From the NCBI RefSeq assembly GCF_045037415.1, contig NZ_CP173438.1: 64,000 nt of DNA; one strand, written 5' to 3'. The notes beneath the pieces were generated by a model. The model ran no database searches. It had not been told where the DNA came from and was given only the letters and a program-made list of their open reading frames with translations. Below, piece after piece: positions 53,037 to 64,000 of the stretch. This DNA comes from Escherichia coli (lineage in GTDB: Bacteria; Pseudomonadota; Gammaproteobacteria; Enterobacterales; Enterobacteriaceae). Position 1 is the first letter of the stretch; every line of letters starts with the position of its first letter. Made by a program: the position numbers and the translations under genes.

Positions 53037-56000
53037 ATGAAAAGAATGTTAATCAACGCAACTCAGCAGGAAGAGTTGCGCGTTGCCCTTGTAGATGGGC
53101 AGCGTCTGTATGACCTGGATATCGAAAGTCCAGGGCACGAGCAGAAAAAGGCAAACATCTACAAAGGTAAAATCACCCGCATTGAACCGAGTCTGGAAGC
53201 TGCTTTTGTTGATTACGGCGCTGAACGTCACGGTTTCCTCCCACTAAAAGAAATTGCCCGCGAATATTTCCCTGCTAACTACAGTGCTCATGGTCGTCCC
53301 AACATTAAAGATGTGTTGCGTGAAGGTCAGGAAGTCATTGTTCAGATCGATAAAGAAGAGCGCGGCAACAAAGGCGCGGCATTAACCACCTTTATCAGTC
53401 TGGCGGGTAGCTATCTGGTTCTGATGCCGAACAACCCGCGCGCGGGTGGTATTTCTCGTCGTATCGAAGGCGACGACCGTACCGAATTAAAAGAAGCACT
53501 GGCAAGCCTTGAACTGCCGGAAGGCATGGGGCTTATCGTGCGCACCGCTGGCGTCGGCAAATCTGCTGAGGCGCTGCAATGGGATTTAAGCTTCCGTCTG
53601 AAACACTGGGAAGCCATCAAAAAAGCCGCTGAAAGCCGCCCGGCTCCGTTCCTGATTCATCAGGAGAGCAACGTAATCGTTCGCGCATTCCGCGATTACT
53701 TACGCCAGGACATCGGCGAAATCCTTATCGATAACCCGAAAGTGCTCGAACTGGCACGTCAGCATATCGCTGCATTAGGCCGCCCGGATTTCAGCAGCAA
53801 AATCAAACTGTACACCGGCGAGATCCCGCTGTTCAGCCACTACCAGATCGAGTCGCAGATCGAGTCCGCCTTCCAGCGTGAAGTTCGTCTGCCATCCGGT
53901 GGTTCCATTGTTATCGACAGCACCGAAGCGTTAACGGCCATCGACATCAACTCCGCACGCGCGACCCGCGGCGGCGATATCGAAGAAACCGCGTTTAACA
54001 CCAACCTCGAAGCTGCCGATGAGATTGCTCGTCAGTTGCGCCTGCGTGACCTCGGCGGCCTGATTGTTATCGACTTCATCGACATGACGCCAGTACGCCA
54101 CCAGCGTGCGGTAGAAAACCGTCTGCGTGAAGCGGTGCGTCAGGACCGGGCGCGTATTCAAATCAGCCATATTTCTCGCTTTGGCCTGCTGGAAATGTCC
54201 CGTCAGCGCCTGAGCCCATCACTGGGTGAATCCAGCCATCACGTCTGCCCGCGCTGCTCCGGTACCGGTACCGTTCGTGACAACGAATCGCTGTCGCTCT
54301 CTATTCTGCGTCTGATCGAAGAAGAAGCGCTGAAAGAGAACACCCAGGAAGTTCACGCCATTGTTCCTGTGCCAATTGCTTCTTACCTGCTGAATGAAAA
54401 ACGTTCTGCGGTAAATGCGATTGAAACTCGTCAGGACGGCGTACGCTGTGTGATTGTGCCAAACGATCAGATGGAAACCCCGCACTACCATGTGCTGCGC
54501 GTGCGCAAAGGGGAAGAAACCCCAACCTTAAGCTACATGCTGCCGAAGCTGCATGAAGAAGCGATGGCGCTGCCGTCTGAAGAAGAGTTCGCTGAACGTA
54601 AGCGTCCGGAACAACCTGCGCTGGCAACCTTTGCCATGCCGGATGTGCCGCCAGCACCAACGCCAGCTGAACCTGCCGCGCCTGTCGTAGCCCCAGCACC
54701 TAAATCTGCACCGGCAACACCAGCCGCTCCTGCCCAACCTGGGCTGTTGAGCCGCTTCTTCGGCGCACTGAAAGCGCTGTTCAGCGGTGGTGAAGAAACC
54801 AAACCGTCCGAGCAACCAACACCGAAAGCAGAAGCGAAACCGGAACGTCAACAGGATCGTCGCAAGCCTCGTCAGAACAACCGCCGTGACCGTAATGAGC
54901 GCCGCGACCCTCGTAGTGAACGTACTGAAGGCAGCGATAATCGCGAAGAAAACCGTCGTAATCGTCGCCAGGCACAGCAGCAGACTGCCGAGACGCGTGA
55001 GAGCCGTCAGCAGGCAGAGGTAACGGAAAAAGCGCGTACCACCGACGAGCAGCAAACGCCGCGTCGTGAACGTAGCCGCCGCCGTAACGATGATAAACGT
55101 CAGGCGCAACAAGAAGTGAAGGCGCTGAATGTTGAAGAGCAATCTGTTCAGGAAACCGAACAGGAAGAACGTGTACGTCCGGTTCAGCCGCGTCGTAAAC
55201 AGCGTCAGCTCAATCAGAAAGTGCGTTACGAGCAAAGCGTAGCCGAAGAAGCGGTAGTCGCACCGGTGGTTGAAGAAACTGTCGCAGCCGAACCAATTGT
55301 TCAGGAAGCGGCAGCCCCACGCACAGAATTGGTGAAAGTTCCGCTGCCAGTCGTAGCGCAAACTGCACCAGAACAGCAAGAAGAGAACAATGCTGATAAC
55401 CGTGACAACGGTGGCATGCCGCGTCGTTCTCGCCGCTCGCCTCGTCACCTGCGCGTAAGTGGTCAGCGTCGTCGTCGCTATCGTGACGAGCGTTATCCAA
55501 CCCAGTCGCCAATGCCGTTGACCGTAGCGTGCGCGTCTCCGGAACTGGCCTCTGGCAAAGTCTGGATCCGCTATCCAATTGTACGTCCGCAAGATGTACA
55601 GGTTGAAGAGCAGCGCGAACAGGAAGAAGTACAAGTGCAGCCGATGGTGACTGAGGTCCCTGTCGCCGCCGCTGCCGAACCTGTTGTTAGCGCGCCAGTT
55701 GTTGAAGAAGTGGCTGAAGTCGTAGAAGCCCCCGTTCAGGTTGCCGAACCGCAACCGGAAGTGGTTGAAACGACGCATCCTGAAGTGATTGCTGCCGCGG
55801 TAACTGAACAGCCGCAGGTGATTACCGAGTCTGATGTTGCCGTAGCCCAGGAAGTTGCAGAACACGCAGAACCGGTGGTTGAACCGCAGGAAGAGACGGC
55901 AGATATTGAAGAAGTTGCCGAAACTGCTGAGGTTGTGGTTGCTGAACCTGAAGTTGTTGCTCAACCTGCCGCGCCAGTCGTCGCTGAAGTCACAGCAGAA

Positions 56001-56222
56001 GTTGAAACGGTAGCTGCGGTTGAACCTGAGGTCACCGTTGAGCATAACCACGCTACCGCGCCGATGACGCGCGCTCCGGCACCGGAATATGTTCCGGAAG
56101 CACCGCGTCACAGTGACTGGCAGCGCCCTACTTTTGCCTTCGAAGGTAAAGGTGCCGCAGGTGGTCATACGGCAACGCATCATGCATCTGCCGCTCCTGC
56201 GCGTCCGCAACCTGTTGAGTAA
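53037..56222 (+). CDS. rne: Ribonuclease E
   Basis: 1061-aa [34 protein letters not shown]...; catalytic N-terminal half then low-complexity Arg-rich and acidic C-terminal degradosome scaffold. Confidence 0.98.
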   Translation: MKRMLINATQQEELRVALVDGQRLYDLDIESPGHEQKKANIYKGKITRIEPSLEAAFVDYGAERHGFLPLKEIAREYFPANYSAHGRPNIKDVLREGQEVIVQIDKEERGNKGAALTTFISLAGSYLVLMPNNPRAGGISRRIEGDDRTELKEALASLELPEGMGLIVRTAGVGKSAEALQWDLSFRLKHWEAIKKAAESRPAPFLIHQESNVIVRAFRDYLRQDIGEILIDNPKVLELARQHIAALGRPDFSSKIKLYTGEIPLFSHYQIESQIESAFQREVRLPSGGSIVIDSTEALTAIDINSARATRGGDIEETAFNTNLEAADEIARQLRLRDLGGLIVIDFIDMTPVRHQRAVENRLREAVRQDRARIQISHISRFGLLEMSRQRLSPSLGESSHHVCPRCSGTGTVRDNESLSLSILRLIEEEALKENTQEVHAIVPVPIASYLLNEKRSAVNAIETRQDGVRCVIVPNDQMETPHYHVLRVRKGEETPTLSYMLPKLHEEAMALPSEEEFAERKRPEQPALATFAMPDVPPAPTPAEPAAPVVAPAPKSAPATPAAPAQPGLLSRFFGALKALFSGGEETKPSEQPTPKAEAKPERQQDRRKPRQNNRRDRNERRDPRSERTEGSDNREENRRNRRQAQQQTAETRESRQQAEVTEKARTTDEQQTPRRERSRRRNDDKRQAQQEVKALNVEEQSVQETEQEERVRPVQPRRKQRQLNQKVRYEQSVAEEAVVAPVVEETVAAEPIVQEAAAPRTELVKVPLPVVAQTAPEQQEENNADNRDNGGMPRRSRRSPRHLRVSGQRRRRYRDERYPTQSPMPLTVACASPELASGKVWIRYPIVRPQDVQVEEQREQEEVQVQPMVTEVPVAAAAEPVVSAPVVEEVAEVVEAPVQVAEPQPEVVETTHPEVIAAAVTEQPQVITESDVAVAQEVAEHAEPVVEPQEETADIEEVAETAEVVVAEPEVVAQPAAPVVAEVTAEVETVAAVEPEVTVEHNHATAPMTRAPAPEYVPEAPRHSDWQRPTFAFEGKGAAGGHTATHHASAAPARPQPVE

Positions 56223-56241
56223 TAGTTAGCTCAAGTAATCA

Positions 56242-56272
56242 AGCCCTGGTAACTGCCAGGGCTTTTTTATTT
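56242..56272 (+). terminator. rne rho-independent terminator
   Basis: AGCCCTGG-TAACTG-CCAGGGCT hairpin followed by TTTTTTATTT, 20 nt after the rne stop. Confidence 0.8.
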
Positions 56273-56337
56273 CATCTTTGAGTCAACATATTAAAATTCA
56301 TCAAATGGCATCCTTGCTAACCAACAATACAAAATAG

Positions 56338-56375
56338 GCAAAAAAATGCCCGCTCCGGCGATCCCAGAGCGGGCA
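56338..56375 (-). terminator. flgL rho-independent terminator
   Basis: Minus-strand hairpin GCCCGCTCTGGGATCGCCGGAGCGGGC followed by ATTTTTTTGCC. Confidence 0.75.
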
Positions 56376-56416
56376 GACAAAACATACCCAGTTTCATGAT
56401 ATGTTTTAAAGCGAGC

Positions 56417-57370
56417 TTATTTGTTGAGCTGGAAGAGCGACAATCCCTGCATATCGGTAAATGCTTTATACGATGCCTGCAATGCCGTTTGCTGCATGAT
56501 GTAAGATGAAATAGTTGCATTCCAGTCCACATCAACCAGATCGCTCATCTGCTGCGTTTGCCCTAAAGCGCGATCGCTACCTAATGAATCCAGCGACTCC
56601 AGTTCGTTCAGTTGCGTGCCTAATTCCGCGCGAACAGTCAGCACATTGTTCAGCGAGTTTTTCAGTCCGCGGTTGGTTTTATCCAGTGCCGCAGCGGCGG
56701 TTTCTTTATCCGCTTCGCTATCCGCGACCGGCGTTTTCAGGGCTGCGATGGCGCTATCCAGCATGGCAAAAAGATTGGTTTCAGAAGCGCTACCGTCTGG
56801 TTCCGCTACCGCGTTGCTAGTAATACTGTCGAAAATTTTGTCGCCCGTATGTCCTATCACCATCGAACGCGAAGCATCGACCTGTTGTTTAATACTTTCT
56901 GCTCCGCCTTCGTATTTGCCATCCGCCTCGCTAAACGGTGCGGATTCTGTTTTATAACCGGCAAAAATGTAGCGCCCGTTACCGTCAGTGGTGTTCGCCA
57001 GATTCAGCAACTGGTCACGAAGCCCCTGAATATCCGTAGCCAGCGAGGCCCGGTCATCGTCACTCAAGGTGCCATTGCTGGCGTAGACAATTTTTTCCTG
57101 AGCATTCTGTATAGCGGTTGTGACCTGGCTAAGTACACTCTCTTCCAGTGACACTTTTTGAGTGGCGAAAGTACGCGCCAGCGTGTACTGGCTGTTTTGC
57201 GCCTGTGCCTGGGAGAGAACAACAGCTTGTGATGCAGCAATGGGATCATCTGAAGGGTTAACGACTCGCTTACCCGTCGACATCTGTTCGCCGTACTTCA
57301 TCCATTCTGCCTGAGAATTGGTGATGCCGCGCATGTTTTGCTGGTACATCATCTGGGTACTGAAACGCAT
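56417..57370 (-). CDS. flgL: Flagellar hook-filament junction protein 2 (HAP3)
   Basis: 317-aa ORF MRFSTQMMYQQNMRGITNSQAEWMKYGEQMSTGKRV... Confidence 0.96.
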   Translation of the reverse strand: MRFSTQMMYQQNMRGITNSQAEWMKYGEQMSTGKRVVNPSDDPIAASQAVVLSQAQAQNSQYTLARTFATQKVSLEESVLSQVTTAIQNAQEKIVYASNGTLSDDDRASLATDIQGLRDQLLNLANTTDGNGRYIFAGYKTESAPFSEADGKYEGGAESIKQQVDASRSMVIGHTGDKIFDSITSNAVAEPDGSASETNLFAMLDSAIAALKTPVADSEADKETAAAALDKTNRGLKNSLNNVLTVRAELGTQLNELESLDSLGSDRALGQTQQMSDLVDVDWNATISSYIMQQTALQASYKAFTDMQGLSLFQLNK

Positions 57371-57381
57371 TTTATCTCCCC

Positions 57382-59025
57382 TTAGCGAATGTTAATCAGC
57401 GCATCAAAAATCGCGTTTGCCGTCTGCAGAACCTGCGCATTCGCGAGGTAATACTGCTGAAAACGTTGCAGATTTCCGTACTCCTCATCGAGATTGACAC
57501 CGGAAATCGACTGCTGCTGATTGGAAAGCTGCGTCACCACATTACCTTGAGTGGTGCTACTGGTTTTCAACGTCGCGGTTTTATTACCGATATCACTCAC
57601 TAACGAGGCATAAGCGTCGTTAAAGGATTTCGCACCGCCCACCGTTTTACTGTTGCTTTGCAGATCGAGCAGGGCCTGACCGTTGCGGTTGTCGCTATCA
57701 CCCGCATCTTCTGCGCTCGCCATGGCGATTTTCGCTTCGTCGGTGATTAATACATCCATGTTGACGATGGCGTCACTTACCGGTTTCAGCGTGAAGCTGT
57801 CGTTAACGGCAGGCGTTCCTGTAAACGTCAACTCCAGACCATCAAATGCCACTTTACCGTTGGCATCCGGCGTCACCGTAAAAGTGGTATTGCTGGCAAG
57901 GCGGGTGACCTGCCACTGATTATTATCGAACGAGATTTTGTAATCTGTCGCCAGTACCGCGGAGGTATCAGTTACCGTTGCACCGATCGCAACGTCACCT
58001 TTGTTTTTCGTGTTTTGCAGAACCGCGGGCTTACCGATAGCAAAGAAATCTTCACCGGCATCGCCGTTAGCATCAAATCCGGCTTTGTGTTGGGTGTTGA
58101 AAGCCTCGGCAAATGCCAGCGCCAGTTGTCCAAGCGTATTACGCGTCTGGTCCAGATCCTGAGAACGGAATGTCAGAATGCCGCCCAGCGACCCGGTATT
58201 CAGTAATTTCTCCGGGATCTCAATATTGCCTGCCGTCCCATCAACATAAGCGACAGTCGTACGAGAAGGGTCGGCGCTGGAAGGAACTGCCGCAAGTTGC
58301 CGCGCCGTACTTCCCTGAACCAGTGAGTAGCCATTGGCCATCGTGATGTTATAAGTGCCACCATCCTGAACACTGACTTCTACGCCAACAATCTGGTTTA
58401 ATTCGCTCACCAGTTGATCGCGTTGATCCAGCAGATTGTTAGGTGACGCCCCTGCCCCCACGCCTGTCAGGCGGGAGATCTGATCGTTCAGGCTGGCGAT
58501 TTGTTTAGCGTAATTGTTGATCTGATCAACACTGGCACCTATCGCGATATTGACCTGTTTGTCCTGGTCGCGCAGATATTGATCGGTGGTTTTAAACTGA
58601 TTCACCAACCCTTCTGATTTCCCAATCAGCGCCTGGCGCGCTGCCGGATCTTCCGCGTTACTCACCAGCGTTTGCAGGCTGGTGAAGAAATCCTGCATCT
58701 GTGTTGCCAGCGAAGAGGTACTGGTGGAGAGCATATTGTCGATTTTCGACATCTGCTCATAGCGGGCAGTCAGGCCGCTACTTTGCGTCTGCGCCGCACG
58801 TAACTGGTTGGTAATAAACGCATCATACTCACGCTGCACACCAGAAACGTAGACGCCATTGCCAACCCAGCCGCCAGCGCCCAACGTGCTATTGGCCTGC
58901 GCCATAATAGTGGTTTGGCGGGTATATCCGGCAACGTTATAGCTGGAGATATTATTACTTGCCGTATTTAACGCCGCCTGGGCCGCGTTCAGTCCGCTCA
59001 TGGCGTTATTGATCAAGCTGGACAT
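57382..59025 (-). CDS. flgK: Flagellar hook-filament junction protein 1 (HAP1)
   Basis: 547-aa ORF MSSLINNAMSGLNAAQAALNTASNNISSYNVAGYTRQTT... Confidence 0.96.
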   Translation of the reverse strand: MSSLINNAMSGLNAAQAALNTASNNISSYNVAGYTRQTTIMAQANSTLGAGGWVGNGVYVSGVQREYDAFITNQLRAAQTQSSGLTARYEQMSKIDNMLSTSTSSLATQMQDFFTSLQTLVSNAEDPAARQALIGKSEGLVNQFKTTDQYLRDQDKQVNIAIGASVDQINNYAKQIASLNDQISRLTGVGAGASPNNLLDQRDQLVSELNQIVGVEVSVQDGGTYNITMANGYSLVQGSTARQLAAVPSSADPSRTTVAYVDGTAGNIEIPEKLLNTGSLGGILTFRSQDLDQTRNTLGQLALAFAEAFNTQHKAGFDANGDAGEDFFAIGKPAVLQNTKNKGDVAIGATVTDTSAVLATDYKISFDNNQWQVTRLASNTTFTVTPDANGKVAFDGLELTFTGTPAVNDSFTLKPVSDAIVNMDVLITDEAKIAMASAEDAGDSDNRNGQALLDLQSNSKTVGGAKSFNDAYASLVSDIGNKTATLKTSSTTQGNVVTQLSNQQQSISGVNLDEEYGNLQRFQQYYLANAQVLQTANAIFDALINIR

Positions 59026-59058
59026 GGAGGTTCCTTATAAGCCTTCAATTACAGAGTA

Positions 59059-59085
59059 TTATCGGCAGCGACCCGCCGGACTTGA
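59059..59085 (-). promoter_or_regulatory. Candidate sigma-28 (FliA) class 3 promoter for flgKL
   Basis: Minus-strand TCAAGTCC-N11-GCCGATAA: the -10 is an exact GCCGATAA match, the -35 is a weak match to TAAAGTTT; about 35 nt upstream of the flgK ATG. Confidence 0.5.
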
Positions 59086-59090
59086 GTTAT

Positions 59091-60032
59091 TCAGAACAGA
59101 TTATCAATGTTCATGCTGTAGGTTTTGCTCACCTTGTCGCTTATCGATTTCATCTGCTGAATCATGTTGGTGAGTTTGCGGGCATAGTGAGGATCGGTGG
59201 CATAGCCCGCGTCCTGTAGGGCCTGCGCCCCCTGCTCCGCACTCGCGGCGGTCGTCACGGCGGCGTAGCGCGGGTTACGCGTTAACAGCCCAACGTAATC
59301 CGACAATGCTTCCAGATACGAGCTGTAGACCCGAAACTTCGCTTTTACTTTCTTCGCTTCGCCATTTTCATATTCAGTCGTGGTGATTTCAGTGACTGGC
59401 CCTTTCCAGTTGCCAGAGGCTTTGACACCAAACAGGTTATAGCTCGGCTCGCCGTTTTCACGGCGGATTTGCCGTTGTCCCCAGCCAGATTCCAGCGCCG
59501 CCTGAGCGAGGATCAAATGATGTGGCACACCACTTTGCTGGCTTGCCAGTTGGGCGGGCAGCGAGAGTTGCGCGAGGAATGCTTTACTGTCACCCGGCAG
59601 CGAATCATCGTAGTTACGTGGTACGGCCTTTTGCACCAGCTGCGAAAGCGTCTGATTTTGATAACGCACCACGGTTTCGAGCGGGAATTTTATCGGTGCT
59701 GCTGGCGTGGACTCCTCTGGCAATGGTTGTTCTGGCGTCATCTGTTTAACCATCATCTCTGCCAGCCCCAGACCTTTGCCCGCCGTCATCTGTTGGGCAA
59801 TCTGCTGGTCATACATACTGGTATACAGGCGAGTGTGCTCGCTGCTGAACAGGCCATCTTTTGGTAAAGCGTCGCGCATGCTTTTCAACATCATCTGCAC
59901 GAACATCCCTTCCACCTGGCGGGCCACCGGACGGATATTTGCCGCTGGATCTTCGCCCGCTTTCGCCTTTAGTTCGTTGAGTGATTGCGCATCCCAGGCC
60001 GCACTTGCCAGTAGTTTGCTGTCGCTGATCAT
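59091..60032 (-). CDS. flgJ: Flagellar rod assembly protein / peptidoglycan hydrolase
   Basis: [26 protein letters not shown]... with C-terminal muramidase domain; start at MISDSK gives 313 aa. Confidence 0.94.
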   Translation of the reverse strand: MISDSKLLASAAWDAQSLNELKAKAGEDPAANIRPVARQVEGMFVQMMLKSMRDALPKDGLFSSEHTRLYTSMYDQQIAQQMTAGKGLGLAEMMVKQMTPEQPLPEESTPAAPIKFPLETVVRYQNQTLSQLVQKAVPRNYDDSLPGDSKAFLAQLSLPAQLASQQSGVPHHLILAQAALESGWGQRQIRRENGEPSYNLFGVKASGNWKGPVTEITTTEYENGEAKKVKAKFRVYSSYLEALSDYVGLLTRNPRYAAVTTAASAEQGAQALQDAGYATDPHYARKLTNMIQQMKSISDKVSKTYSMNIDNLF

Positions 60033-61129
60033 CAGATGATTTCCAGTTTTGCCCGCAGACATCCCGCACTTTGCATTGATTGCAGTATGGACATCAGATC
60101 CATCGGCGTAGCGCCCAGCGCATTGAGCGCACGCACCACGTTATTGAGGCTGGCGCTGGAACGTACGCTTTGCAGCGAACCGCCGCTCTGGCGTAAATCG
60201 ATCTGCGTTTGTGGAGTAACCACAGTCTGCCCACCACCAAACGGTGTATCTGGCTGGCTGACATTGGCCTGACGATTAACTGTTACTGAGAGATTCCCCT
60301 GCGCTACCGCGCAGCTGTCGAGGGTCACTTCGCGATTCATCACCACCGAACCAGTGCGCGAGTTAATCACTACTTTAGCGTCCTGCGGGGTGACATTAAC
60401 CTGCATATTCTGGATATCGGCAAGGAAACGGACCTGGGAACTGTTGCCACTTGGTACGCGCACCTGAATAGTCCGCGCATCTAACGCGGTGGCGCTGCCA
60501 TATCCACGCACGCGGTTGATGGTGTCAGCGATTTGCTGCGCCATACTGAAATCTTCGTCGTTAAGTTGCAAATTAAGGGTATTCCCGACGCCAAACTGGC
60601 TGGGCAATTCACGTTCAATAACCGCACCATTGGTGATCCGTCCACCGTTCAGTTGATTCACCTGAACACTGCTACCGCCAGCGGAGGCCCCTGCGCCGCC
60701 AACCAGAATATTGCCCTGCGCCAGCGCATACACCTGACTGTCAACGCCCTTAAGCGGTGTCATCAATAACGTACCGCCACGCAGACTTTTGGCATTTCCC
60801 ATGGAAGAAACCACCACGTCAATGGTTTGCCCCTGACGTCCAAACGGTGGAAGTGACGCTGTCACCATAACCGCAGCGACGTTTTTTAGCTGCATATTAG
60901 TGCCCGTCGGAACGGTAATTCCCAGCTGTGAGAGCATGTTATTAAGCGTTTGTGTGGTAAACGGCGTCTGAGTTGTCTGGTCACCTGTACCATCAAGCCC
61001 CACCACCAGGCCATAGCCAATCAGTGAGTTTTGCCTTACCCCCTGAACACTGGTGAGATCGCGAATACGCTCAGCCTGAGCCGCCGTGGTAACCAGTAAA
61101 AGAATTAATGCAGAGAGAAATTTAATCAC
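60032..61129 (-). CDS. flgI: Flagellar P-ring protein
   Basis: [49 protein letters not shown]...; GTG start gives 365 aa. Confidence 0.95.
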
Positions 61130-61140
61130 CACAGCCTCAC

Positions 61141-61839
61141 TTACATTGGCGACAGGTTAAGGAAGAAACGCTGCAACCAGCCCATATTTTGCGCTTCGTT
61201 AATGTAGCCATTGCCTACGTATTCAATGCGCGCATCTGCCACCTGAGTAGACGGTACGGTATTGCTGCCGCTGATAGTGCGTGGATTAACCACCCCAGAG
61301 AAGCGAATAAATTCGGTACCCTGATTAATGGCGATCTGTTTTTCACCCACCACATGCAGGTTGCCGTTGACCAGTACCTGGTCAACCGTCACCGTCAACG
61401 TACCGCTAAAGGTATTGCTGGCATTGGCCCCGCCTTTTCCGTTGAACGTGTTACCACCGGAGGCTTCGACATCGGCACGAGCGTTACCAAACAACCCCTG
61501 CAAATAGCGCGGCACAGTATCAAAGCCAAAATTAGTTTTACCGTCACGGCTGGCATTCGCAGAGGAGCTTTTGCTGGCGCTGACGTTCTCCTGCAACACG
61601 ATAGTCAGCGTATCGCCAATATTGCGTGGTCGACGATCTTCAAACAGCGGTTGATAGCCATAGTTAATCGGCTGAGCAGACTGGAAAATAGACCCGTTGG
61701 CGACGGGCGTCGGACCGGGAACCGGTTGTGCACTGGTCGCCCCCTGTACCAGCGGCGTGGAGGGTATCCAGGCGCAGCCGGTTAGTGAAAGCGCCAACAA
61801 GCTGGAAATGGCATAAGTATGCGCAGCGTTTTTTTGCAT
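61141..61839 (-). CDS. flgH: Flagellar L-ring lipoprotein
   Basis: [22 protein letters not shown] lipobox; start at MQKNA gives 232 aa. Confidence 0.95.
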
Positions 61840-61892
61840 GGCTATCATCTTCAAAAATCAGTAAACCGGTGAACCTGCCCACCGGTTAAGCC

Positions 61893-62693
<801 letters not shown>

Positions 62694-62720
62694 TTAGTGA
62701 CAAAGTGCATATGTCTTCTT

Positions 62721-62754
<34 letters not shown>

Positions 62755-62846
62755 AAGAGCTCGCAAAATCGATAAATTGCGATTGCCCCCATAGACCCGA
62801 TAAACTTGCGCATAGGGCAACTTATACTTGTCATGTATCCTTTCAA

Positions 62847-63602
62847 TTAACTCATCGACAGCAGTTGGTTGGCACGGCCTGCGTTATCATCGACGCTGCT
62901 GATCACCTTCATCTGCATTTCAAAACGCCGTGCGCTGGCAATCATGTCGCTCATTGCCGCAACGGCATTGACGTTACTGCCTTCCAGAACCCCCGACATC
63001 ACACGCAAGGTTGGATCTGCCTGCAGTACCGGCCCACGCGTAGCCTGGCTTTCTGCGCTTAAACGAAAAATGCCATCGTCACCGCGCTGGACTTCGCTGC
63101 CCGTGGCTTTCACCAGCTTCAGACGCCCCACTGGCGCAACCGTATTTGCCGGATCGCCCGGATTCAGCGCCGAGATTGTGCCATCGGCAGCAATAGTGAT
63201 TTCCGCCCCTTCCGGCACAGCAATTGGCCCCGCCTCGCCTACCACCGGATGTCCCTGAATTGTCAGTTGCCCGGTGGGATCAACCTGAATGCTGCCATTA
63301 CGCGTATACCCTTCACTGCCGTCAGCGGTCTGCACGACCAGCCAACCATCCTGCTGCAACGCAACGTCCAGCGGGCGCGAGGTGTAATCCATCTTGCCGG
63401 GCGTCATGTCTGCACCCGGTGTTGACGCCGTTACCAGCGTGCGCGTGGGCAGTGAAAGCCCTTCCACCGGCACTGCGCGCAAGGCGTTTAACTGCGCGCG
63501 AAAACCGGGCGTAGAGGCATTGGCCAGATTACTGGCGGTTACCGCCTGTTGATTCAGCGTCTGGCTGGCTGCTCCCATCGCGGTATAAATTGCGTGATCC
63601 AT
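62847..63602 (-). CDS. flgF: Flagellar proximal rod protein
   Basis: 251-aa ORF MDHAIYTAMGAASQTLNQQAVTASNLANASTPGFRAQ... Confidence 0.96.
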   Translation of the reverse strand: MDHAIYTAMGAASQTLNQQAVTASNLANASTPGFRAQLNALRAVPVEGLSLPTRTLVTASTPGADMTPGKMDYTSRPLDVALQQDGWLVVQTADGSEGYTRNGSIQVDPTGQLTIQGHPVVGEAGPIAVPEGAEITIAADGTISALNPGDPANTVAPVGRLKLVKATGSEVQRGDDGIFRLSAESQATRGPVLQADPTLRVMSGVLEGSNVNAVAAMSDMIASARRFEMQMKVISSVDDNAGRANQLLSMS

Positions 63603-63621
63603 TGAGCTATCCCGTCAGCGA

Positions 63622-64000
63622 TTAGCGTAAGTTAACCAGCGTATTGAGGATCTGGTCCTGGGTTTTGATGGTCTGGGCGTTAGACTGATAGTTACGCTGG
63701 GCAACGATCATATTGACCAGTTCTTTACTGAGATCGACGTTGGACGCTTCCAGCGCACCGTTGGTCAGGGTGCCAAAGTTGCCCGTCCCGGCTGTCCCCA
63801 ACAGCGCCACGCCAGAAGATTGCGTAGCGGACCAGACGTTGTCGCCTTCGGATGCCAGACCTTCGTTGTTGGCAAAGTTCGCCAGTACAATCTGCCCCAG
63901 CAGTTGGGTTTGTTCGTTGGAATAGTTGCCGACAACCGTACCGTCATCATTGATTTGATAACTCACCAGATCGCCCGGTTTGTAGCCGTTCTGGGTGGTT
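63622..64000 (-). CDS. flgE: Flagellar hook protein, C-terminal part (N-terminus lies beyond the window)
   Basis: Minus-strand translation ends ...NVDLSKELVNMIVAQRNYQSNAQTIKTQDQILNTLVNLR, the conserved flagellar hook C-terminus; the frame is open to the window end. Confidence 0.93.
   Translation of the reverse strand, partial: TTQNGYKPGDLVSYQINDDGTVVGNYSNEQTQLLGQIVLANFANNEGLASEGDNVWSATQSSGVALLGTAGTGNFGTLTNGALEASNVDLSKELVNMIVAQRNYQSNAQTIKTQDQILNTLVNLR

Noticed and set aside
55600-56100. Repetitive acidic VAEP/EVxE stretch as a possible insertion or repeat element
   Set aside because: In frame within rne; this is the native acidic degradosome-scaffold region of RNase E.
54528-56210. 560-codon open frame antisense to the 3' half of rne
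   Set aside because: Lies entirely inside the low-complexity, repeat-rich C-terminal region of rne, where biased codon usage removes stops on the opposite strand; the translation is Cys/Arg/Phe-rich nonsense with no domain features.

Overview
This window is an Escherichia coli-type chromosomal backbone segment, read here in reverse orientation relative to the usual K-12 map, running from icd through the fatty-acid synthesis cluster and rne into the flagellar flgL-flgE genes. All calls were made by reading the six-frame translations and recognising well-known protein sequences from memory; no database search was run. Gene order from icd to flgE is: icd, rluE, nudJ, mnmA, hflD, purB, phoPQ, roxA, pepT, potABCD, ymfA, ycfZ, cobB, nagK, lolEDC, ycfT, mfd, ldtC, bhsA, comR, ycfJ, ndh, ycfP, nagZ, thiK, lpoB, ycfL, hinT, fhuE, ptsG, ycfH, holB, tmk, mltG, pabC, fabF, acpP, fabG, fabD, fabH, plsX, rpmF, yceD, yceF, rluC, rne, flgLKJIHGF and a partial flgE. 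Intergenic gaps are short and are accounted for by promoters, terminators and REP/BIME repeats; I see no inserted gene cassette, CRISPR array, tRNA or rRNA. The only accessory element is at the left edge: a 5'-truncated lambda-family tyrosine integrase ending 113 bp from the icd stop codon, followed by three tandem GTTTTGGGGAAG-type repeats, marking a prophage inserted at the classic icd attachment locus. The body of that prophage lies outside the window. I do not find evidence for a novel multi-gene system inside this window; the prophage junction is the part most worth following up. Start codons were placed by length agreement with the known proteins and are less certain than the gene identities.
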